From: Candidatus Thorarchaeota archaeon
Lineage (GTDB): Archaea > Asgardarchaeota > Thorarchaeia > Thorarchaeales > Thorarchaeaceae
Assembly (NCBI GenBank): GCA_011364905.1
Contig: RDNZ01000007.1
Span: 1-64,000 of the forward strand
DNA length: 64,000 bases
Direction of reading: 5' to 3'
A program made the translations under genes and the position numbers. Of this stretch, positions 57,082 to 64,000 are shown piece by piece (within the stretch, counting starts at the first letter, position 1; each line of letters begins with the position of its first letter). The notes beneath the pieces are model-generated. The model was given only the letters and a program-made list of their open reading frames with translations, did no database searches and was not told the DNA's origin.

Positions 57082-58368
57082 ATGCAGGACCAAGTGATTT
57101 GTCCAAATTGTGGAAAACACATCAGAAAGGGATCGACATTCTGTATAGGTTGTGGAAACAAAGTGCCCGAAGATTTGCCAATAGCCCCGCAAGAACCTAC
57201 ACTTGAAGATTCAGAGATTTCAGATGAATCTGACGAACTTCCAAGCCTTGAAGAGTCTGTCTTGGATGAGATACCTTCCGAATCGACTTCGCAAGCTACT
57301 GAACCGGAGGTCTTGCCACCGATAGAGGAAGACATGAGCTGGGATGATTCACCATTACCAACACCCGAAGGGCAACTAACTGAAGATGACATAACCCTCG
57401 TTGACAAAATCGTCGAGGCTCATGCAGGAGAGCCTTCCGGAAGTGCCACAGAAGGACCAAGCACCTCTGCGTCAGATGGTCCCCCACTATTGCCAATTGG
57501 AGACCCAGCAGTACCAGAAGGAAGAAGTACCGACCTATCATGGGAAGAGGGAGTGGAAGGAATCAAAGTGGGAATGCCCTTCAAAGAGGTTGAACCACCT
57601 AGAGTCTTTGATGAAGAGGTTCCAATCACAACTGAAGAGGCACTTGAGCATCTGTTCCCTGAAGGAGCACCAAAAGAGATTCAAGAAGAAACAAGAGAAG
57701 CTGTTGAGCATCTGTTCCCTGAAGGGAGAGGAACTACAACAACGTCGTTCATCGATGTTGTAGTCGGGAAACCCTCAAGAGTTGGTCTTAAGGGACCACT
57801 TCAGGAGCTTGAAACACCTGTTTGCCCGAACTGCGGGGTCGCACTTTCATCAGACGATTTTGAGTATCCGCCTTATGTTTTTGAGGCCATGGGGAAAGCG
57901 CGACTTGAGCGAGGCGAACAGTACCTTCAGGAGAATGAGCATGAGAAAGCAATCGAATCCTTTGAGATTGCAAAGATGCTGTTCGAGCAAGCCGGAAACG
58001 AAAAGGGTGTTGCTGAAAGCGTAAAGAGAGTAGATATTGGCTATGATGAGATGGCAAAGTTTCACTTTGATCAGGGCGAGAACCATATGAAAGTGAATGA
58101 ATATGAATGGGCTATTGTGCAGTTCAGAAAAGCTCGGGAGCTCTACATGTTCAGCACTGATGAAAAGAAGCGTGCTCGATGTTCAGAGAAAGCTCGGGAA
58201 GCCTATGTAGAGTGGGGGAAAGACCTCGAGTCCCAGGGAGACCAGTTGGCCAAAGACGGAAGTTCAAGGGATGCACTGTCAAAGTACCAGGAAGCCGCTG
58301 CCAAGTATCGAGAAGGCGAGGATAGTAAAAGACTCCGAGGCCTTGAGAAGAAGATTCGGAAGGCTTAG
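57082..58368 (+). CDS. zinc-ribbon + acidic disordered region + TPR protein
   Basis: CPNCG..FCIGCG, Glu/Pro-rich linker, three TPR-like repeats (AIESFEIA, AIVQFRKA, ALSKYQEA). Confidence 0.8.
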   Translation: MQDQVICPNCGKHIRKGSTFCIGCGNKVPEDLPIAPQEPTLEDSEISDESDELPSLEESVLDEIPSESTSQATEPEVLPPIEEDMSWDDSPLPTPEGQLTEDDITLVDKIVEAHAGEPSGSATEGPSTSASDGPPLLPIGDPAVPEGRSTDLSWEEGVEGIKVGMPFKEVEPPRVFDEEVPITTEEALEHLFPEGAPKEIQEETREAVEHLFPEGRGTTTTSFIDVVVGKPSRVGLKGPLQELETPVCPNCGVALSSDDFEYPPYVFEAMGKARLERGEQYLQENEHEKAIESFEIAKMLFEQAGNEKGVAESVKRVDIGYDEMAKFHFDQGENHMKVNEYEWAIVQFRKARELYMFSTDEKKRARCSEKAREAYVEWGKDLESQGDQLAKDGSSRDALSKYQEAAAKYREGEDSKRLRGLEKKIRKA

Positions 58369-58373
58369 TGCCT

Positions 58374-59291
58374 TCAATCTTTCTTTGGTTTGAACCCAGT
58401 GAGTCTCAGGATATTATCTCGAAAGATAAGATCCACATCTTCTTGCGTATAATTAAATCGAGGTAACAATGACTGAACAGCATTATACTGCTCTTCCAAT
58501 ATGTTGTATCTAAATCCGCGTGGGAAGAATGAAGAATCTGTACCAAAAACCACTCTGCAAGATGCTCCTGCTCTTAATGCATGTTCAAAGATTCTGGTAA
58601 TAGTTAGTTCAGTATCCTGGTATTTCATCCACATGTTACTTCCACTTGTGTCCATAACCACATTGGGAATCTGATACATGAGCATCAACACTTCGCGGAA
58701 AAATCCCGCTCCAAAATGAGCAATCATAAAATTCAGCTCGGGAAAATCCTGAGCAGGTTTTTGGATATCGAGAGGATTTCCATATCTAAGATTCGCCTGG
58801 TCACCAATAGTTATACCGAAGTGGAGGATCACTAGTAGTTTCTGCTTCTTAGCTTCCTCATAGATGGGATATACTCGTTCATCATACATATGCATACTAC
58901 CAGAACTAGGATACAACTTGATACCCTGAAAGCCATCCTTTCCTGCTCTTTTCACCAAGTCAGCAGCGTTCTCTTGAGCAGGATCAATATTCGCATAGCC
59001 CATAAATCGACCGGGAAATCGCTTCCGAGTTTCATTAAACTCATCCCAGACTTCCTCACCAATCATCATACCAATTGCAGTTATACCATATTTATCCAGT
59101 TCATCTATCCACATCTGACCAGCATCCCAACTCTCATCAGGGATCGTCAGTCCTGGCATGTCGGTCTGAAATGAGACCCTGTTTTGCATTCGCTCCATTG
59201 AGTGACCACTATTTAGCCATCTCTTAATTGTGTCATAAGTGAAGAAATGGGCATGGCTATCAATCACTTCAGTTCCAACTTTCGATATCAC
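58374..59291 (-). CDS. amidohydrolase_2 family protein
   Basis: IDSHAH, GIKLYP, LHFG, IAHFG, FGTDS. Confidence 0.9.
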   Translation of the reverse strand: MISKVGTEVIDSHAHFFTYDTIKRWLNSGHSMERMQNRVSFQTDMPGLTIPDESWDAGQMWIDELDKYGITAIGMMIGEEVWDEFNETRKRFPGRFMGYANIDPAQENAADLVKRAGKDGFQGIKLYPSSGSMHMYDERVYPIYEEAKKQKLLVILHFGITIGDQANLRYGNPLDIQKPAQDFPELNFMIAHFGAGFFREVLMLMYQIPNVVMDTSGSNMWMKYQDTELTITRIFEHALRAGASCRVVFGTDSSFFPRGFRYNILEEQYNAVQSLLPRFNYTQEDVDLIFRDNILRLTGFKPKKD

Positions 59292-59377
59292 AGCAAAAGT
59301 CCCCTAAGTTTACAATAGTTATTGATACTGCCCCTTAGAGGTAATAAGGGCTCACTTGTAGGACAAGAGTGACATAA

Positions 59378-61618
59378 CTAGATCCAATCGCCAGTTTCGA
59401 GCTTTCGCGGGAGATATTCGTCTGTTAGATACTCAAAGCTGTGACTAGCAAATGCTTGGATCTCAGCTTTCTCTTTCAGTTTCAGCATCAACTCTAAGTC
59501 ATTCACCCAAGGCTTGTTACGCTTTACAAATGGTTCCTTTAACATGTCTTTTACTCGCTTGATGTCATTGGGCTGCATTGGGATTCGAACAGCTTTTGGA
59601 ATCTTGTATTCATCCAGGTCACGACTTAATACTCCTAAGAGTTTCAATTCTGGTGTAGCGATGAAGGGCGACTCATAACTAAGCCTCTTACTGCCTCGAA
59701 GGAACACAGAGTATATGTAGTGTCCATATGGGTCGGAATCAACAAGCGCAAATGCAGGAATCTCCAACTCTTTGACCAGCATCTTTAGGAAGGCTCTTGT
59801 AGCAATGTCTCCCGAGCCTTTCCCGGTTATTACGATGCAAGGTTGCCGGTTCCAGTACTTTGCTTCTGCAAGTCGCATGACTGCAGCATCTTTCTCAGAT
59901 AGAATAATGAACTCCGCATCACTCTCGACAATCTCAAGCTGGTCTAAGAAGGGAGTAACGGCCCACCCACCAGTTCCCATTTTGGTAAGGTCGATGAGGT
60001 CACCACCATCTCGAATTGTCACACGACCCATTGCTGAACCTCTGGCTGACGCAACAACATGAATGCTATCTCGTGTCGTTTGAATCATCGAAGCAACATC
60101 TTCAATGATCTTGTCACTGTACTTCTGCTCTCTAAAGAGATTGACATCACTGTAGTAGACCTCTCTTTTGGTTGCGTGAAGGTGCAACTTCAGCAAGTTG
60201 AATACTATCTCCATGACACGAGCAGTTCTTGTTGCATCAACAACAGATGCCAGTGAGTGATAGGGGCGAGAAATTGTACGCATTCCTAAGAGCAAAAGAT
60301 CACGAACCTCATCCCAGACGATGTTGTCACCAGACCTACTCGGTATGTCGAAAGCTGGTCTGCCACTCATCATGGTTTCATTGAGAATATCTAATGCAGT
60401 GTCAACTATTCTCTCGGTTGTTTCATCCGCTGTTAGACTAACAACTTCAACAGTTTCAAGAATTGGTTTTGCTTCCTCATCTGATTCATTTCTATCCTGA
60501 ATTTTTTGTTCCGCATTCGCCCAGTTCTCTTTCAATTCGATTGCCAAACTTTCGACAGCTTTTGGCACATGTAAACCTGAATCTTTTCTCACTGGTTTGG
60601 GTTTCTTCTTGGGTGGCCTTATAGGCATCTTCGTGGGTTTTCTTGCAGGAGGCGATTTCTTTTTTGGCTGAGCTCGCTTGCGCTCCTTTCTTTTTTGGGG
60701 CTTCTTTTCTGGTTCTTCTTCTTCTTTTGCTGGTTCTTCAATAACCTGAGGGGTTTTTTCCTCAGGCAGAACCTTGGCTGAAACCACAGTTTCTGGCTCT
60801 CCGACTAACTCAGCTAATTCTTGTTCGCGAATCAATCCCTTTGCGGCTCTCACAAATGATGTTGCTTTTGCTGTACTCAAACCCCCCACTTTCTTTGCGA
60901 CATTTTCAGGGGAAGCTCTCGCCAATCGAGCCACAGAATCATAACCAGCCCGCTCTAATGAGAGGGCGAGTTTCGAACCCAAGCCGGGAACGTCGGTCAG
61001 AGATAGTTTTGGAGGTGAGATTGCCTCCTCCTCACCACTTACCTGTGTTTCAAGTTCATCCACAGGCGTAGTGGCTTTTTCGTGTCTTTTGACCATCTCT
61101 TTTGCAGTATCTACTAGTTTCTTAGCTCCAGACAGACTGAGACCTTCAACCTTCTTTGAAAGAGAAGCAGGCCGTGAACGTGAGATCTGTTCAACGGTTT
61201 CATACTTTGCATCAATCAGCCTCTCTTCCAGTTTAGATCCTACACCAGGGAGCTGAGTCAGACTGAAGGAGCTTTCTGGAAGTGCAGGTTTTGCCTTTTT
61301 CTTTGCAGGGGACTCTTTCTTCTTTGAACCAGCCTTCTTTTTCTGAGTTTGTTTCTTATCAGCTGGCTTTTTCGATGGCTTTTTTGAACCAGCCTTCTTT
61401 TTCTGAGTTTGTTTCTTATCAGCTGGCTTTTTCGAAGTCTGTTTCTTCACAGCTGGTTTTTTCGATGGCTTCTTTTGACTCTTGGACTTAGTTGCTTTCT
61501 TAGAAGGGCTTTTGGAGCTCTTTCTTGCCGATTTCTTCTTCGTTTTTTGTTCTTCAACAACGTCACTAAGAGTTGCTTGAACCGTGTCCTGTTTGTCTTT
61601 CTTTTTCTTACGACTCAA
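59378..61618 (-). CDS. top6A: DNA topoisomerase VI subunit A with long N-terminal extension
   Basis: TKREVYY catalytic Tyr, EKDA, GKG, VDSDPYG, KAEIQA; preceded by a Lys-rich region and two HhH domains. Confidence 0.93.
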   Translation of the reverse strand: MSRKKKKDKQDTVQATLSDVVEEQKTKKKSARKSSKSPSKKATKSKSQKKPSKKPAVKKQTSKKPADKKQTQKKKAGSKKPSKKPADKKQTQKKKAGSKKKESPAKKKAKPALPESSFSLTQLPGVGSKLEERLIDAKYETVEQISRSRPASLSKKVEGLSLSGAKKLVDTAKEMVKRHEKATTPVDELETQVSGEEEAISPPKLSLTDVPGLGSKLALSLERAGYDSVARLARASPENVAKKVGGLSTAKATSFVRAAKGLIREQELAELVGEPETVVSAKVLPEEKTPQVIEEPAKEEEEPEKKPQKRKERKRAQPKKKSPPARKPTKMPIRPPKKKPKPVRKDSGLHVPKAVESLAIELKENWANAEQKIQDRNESDEEAKPILETVEVVSLTADETTERIVDTALDILNETMMSGRPAFDIPSRSGDNIVWDEVRDLLLLGMRTISRPYHSLASVVDATRTARVMEIVFNLLKLHLHATKREVYYSDVNLFREQKYSDKIIEDVASMIQTTRDSIHVVASARGSAMGRVTIRDGGDLIDLTKMGTGGWAVTPFLDQLEIVESDAEFIILSEKDAAVMRLAEAKYWNRQPCIVITGKGSGDIATRAFLKMLVKELEIPAFALVDSDPYGHYIYSVFLRGSKRLSYESPFIATPELKLLGVLSRDLDEYKIPKAVRIPMQPNDIKRVKDMLKEPFVKRNKPWVNDLELMLKLKEKAEIQAFASHSFEYLTDEYLPRKLETGDWI
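61323..61470. repeat. 60-bp-period tandem repeat in top6A
   Basis: 61323-61375 identical to 61383-61435; degenerate third unit to 61470; encodes SKKPADKKQTQKKKAGSKK. Confidence 0.9.
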
Positions 61619-63618
61619 TCAAGCTCACCTTCTTCGGAGGTATCTTCCCCATTATCTAATGGAATGTCGGCGATAAGGTCAGTCCCGAGTGCATCAGTTT
61701 CAGTTTCCTCTTGGTCCTCAACTGTTTCAAACCCGGTTATCGAATCTCGTAGCTTACTCGCAATTGTTTCAGCATCAAAAAGAGGCTTCTTCTTACCATC
61801 ATTGGCAATAGTCACCAAGCTCTGTGCAAACTGATCAGCATACATCGCAAGAATGCCTGCGCGCTTGGCCTTCCTTCGTGCTGTTTCACGCCTGGTAATG
61901 AATCGCCTGAATTTTCGTCCAGCATCCTCGAGGGCGAGTTTGATCTCTCTTAGAAGCACCTCGTCTTCTGCGAGGGCTTGTTTACTCTGCCCCTTAAACA
62001 TGACATGCACATAGGCTCCTGCGACGTGAATAAACACCATTACAGGTCCTCGCGGAATTCCATTATCAAAGGTCTGCAATTTGTAGTTCTTCCAGTTCAC
62101 TAGTGCCGTAGCCTTCCAAGTGGCGCAGTCGCTATTGTCTCTGAGTTTTGGAACCCGATTCACAAATCGCCAAAGGACCATTGGCGCAGATGATGCAGAT
62201 TTGATCTCACCGCCATAAGCAATACAAACCTCAATGGCAAACGATAGACCTTTTCCTGAGGTGGGCTTTCGTGTCACTGCGGCTACAAAGTCTGGCTTGT
62301 ATGCCATCTTAATTGTTTGTTCGAATATCTCTTCTCCAACTGGCACAACAGTATCAGTGGGAGGTGCTATATAGTCCTCGCTTGAAAAGGAGCGATAGAG
62401 TAGCTCAACTTCTGTCTTAGACAGAGAGTCTGTTGGTGTTGTCATTTTAAGATCATCAAGATGCCTTCTTCGAAGGTCTTTACTTGCATTGGCAATAATC
62501 GTCCTAGCTTTATTGGTACTTAGACGACAGAACGCTTTTGTCAGAAAACCTCGTAGATCCGATTCCTTGGTTTCCCTTAACAGATCTTGAAACTCACCAA
62601 TCCTAATACTTGCGGGGTGAGGTTGAGCATACTTGGGTTCTTCTGGGAATGTATTCACCCTACGTGGATGAATGTGAACCAAACCGTAGGGATCAATAAA
62701 GATGATTGTCACATGAGAGTTTAGTAGTGATGCCATCTCTGCATATACATCAGCATAACCTCGTCGATATTGGATATTCAGATAGTATAATCTGATGTAG
62801 GTTCCGTGATTGAAAGGAAGGTCCATGTCTATTGGTCCACCAACATGTTCCTTGGTGTTTGCAGTGGTCGTGTAGAAGTTGGTTACTGTAGCCATATCAG
62901 TATTGAATCGTTTTGATATTGTAAAAATGGGCTTTCCAGTAGTGTTTTGTGCATCACTGAATGCTGATGGAGCACCAAATCCTTGGCTGCCTCTCGTTTG
63001 CCTCAGTTTCTCAGACTTACTTGATGCTAGATAGATTCCAAATTTCTCCAAGTCATTTGGAACCATCCCTACGCCAGTATCGAAACAGGTGAACTCGTAT
63101 ACCTTGAAGCCTTCTTCGTCATCAATGGGAACAAGGTCAGGCATCTGAACTTCTTTTAGCTCCATGACCACTAGAGGTTCTCGTTTAGATATGAGAGTGC
63201 GCAAAGGCACCACGAACTTTCGAAACTCAGTAATTCGTTCATCGATGGTTTCCTTGCGTCTCGCAGGTATCTCTACTTCCTTGCCAGCTCGCACATCTCG
63301 TTCAAGCTGCTTGCTGAGTGCAATAGAATCAATTTGCCCTTCTTCTAGTTTAGCTCGAACCTCAGCAATAACAGCAGGATCTAGCTGATCTTGAAGACGA
63401 GGGTGTCGCTTTGCTTTCCACCACCAACTCTCAAGAGCATCAATGGCATTGTCCAAGAACTCGATTGCGTACTGTGTATGTTTGTTAAGTCCTGTTTCAA
63501 AACCGACAAGCTGGGTACGTTTTCTCATGAATTTTGCAATTGTACCTTGCTTGATGTCTCCTGACTCGGCCTTGATTACCGTAGGAGCTGGATTTGAATT
63601 GGATTTTTTCCCGGACAA
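61615..63618 (-). CDS. top6B: DNA topoisomerase VI subunit B
   Basis: EFLDNAIDA, DTGVGM, RGSQGFGA, HGT, PHP, RFVNRVP, KQAL. Confidence 0.93.
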   Translation of the reverse strand: MSGKKSNSNPAPTVIKAESGDIKQGTIAKFMRKRTQLVGFETGLNKHTQYAIEFLDNAIDALESWWWKAKRHPRLQDQLDPAVIAEVRAKLEEGQIDSIALSKQLERDVRAGKEVEIPARRKETIDERITEFRKFVVPLRTLISKREPLVVMELKEVQMPDLVPIDDEEGFKVYEFTCFDTGVGMVPNDLEKFGIYLASSKSEKLRQTRGSQGFGAPSAFSDAQNTTGKPIFTISKRFNTDMATVTNFYTTTANTKEHVGGPIDMDLPFNHGTYIRLYYLNIQYRRGYADVYAEMASLLNSHVTIIFIDPYGLVHIHPRRVNTFPEEPKYAQPHPASIRIGEFQDLLRETKESDLRGFLTKAFCRLSTNKARTIIANASKDLRRRHLDDLKMTTPTDSLSKTEVELLYRSFSSEDYIAPPTDTVVPVGEEIFEQTIKMAYKPDFVAAVTRKPTSGKGLSFAIEVCIAYGGEIKSASSAPMVLWRFVNRVPKLRDNSDCATWKATALVNWKNYKLQTFDNGIPRGPVMVFIHVAGAYVHVMFKGQSKQALAEDEVLLREIKLALEDAGRKFRRFITRRETARRKAKRAGILAMYADQFAQSLVTIANDGKKKPLFDAETIASKLRDSITGFETVEDQEETETDALGTDLIADIPLDNGEDTSEEGELD

Positions 63619-63931
63619 TGTAATTCACTCCGAACTATGGAAATGTTGCTACATTTTATCAATGAGCAATCGGACAGGTTTACCTACGAAACGGTCTTCT
63701 GCCTTGTCTAATCGGATTTCTTTTACTATATATTAATGATTTCTGTCACTAATACCTTCAAAATGCCTCTTTCTATGATTTTGTGCACTTAGAACGCTTT
63801 TGAAGTCATATAATCGGAGAAATATCTCACTCGTAGGGCAAACTAGAACTCACATTCCCGTTTTTACAGATTAACGGAGACCAATGGACAACCTTTTCCG
63901 GAGGAATAGCACCTCAGTCTAGAGCAAGAAA

Positions 63932-64000
63932 ATGAGTCCCAAACCAGTCAATGCAATAGCAATACACTCGATTCCTGATGTCAATCCGGAGGATAATATT
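63932..64000 (+). CDS. cofE: 5' end of probable coenzyme F420-0:L-glutamate ligase (partial)
   Basis: MSPKPVNAIAIHSIPDVNPEDNI resembles the CofE N-terminal IP.V.PGDD motif; only 23 codons visible. Confidence 0.45.
   Translation, partial: MSPKPVNAIAIHSIPDVNPEDNI

Noticed and set aside
61323-61470. CRISPR-like repeat
   Set aside because: In-frame coding tandem repeat without unique spacers
128-63736. Numerous short antisense or alternate-frame ORFs in the track
   Set aside because: Shadows of well-supported genes with no independent motifs

Overview
Gene-dense archaeal chromosomal segment with about 60 CDS and no rRNA, tRNA, CRISPR array or transposase seen. aRF1, RadA, Topo VI A/B, a geranylgeranyl reductase, a crenarchaeal-type SSB, two Rab-like GTPases and a roadblock protein point to an Asgard archaeon, probably Thorarchaeia-like (inference). 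The left part (8-37 kb) is catabolic. It holds an AOR/F420 oxidoreductase operon, a divergon of two DUF917 genes with a racemase, nucleotidyltransferase and phosphoesterase, two GlcD/GlcF-type pairs, and an aminotransferase - glycyl radical enzyme - KdgK - Eda run. The right part is mostly core information processing. Best novelty candidates: (1) a ~250-nt multi-helix minus-strand RNA upstream of ssb; (2) a Cas4/RecB-like nuclease split into two ORFs, each with a membrane anchor; (3) a dehydratase-type glycyl radical enzyme linked to Entner-Doudoroff genes; (4) Top6A (Spo11 family) fused to a Lys-rich tail and two RadA-like HhH domains; (5) a cytoplasmic gingipain/caspase-fold protease. All family calls come from motif recognition by eye; no searches were run.
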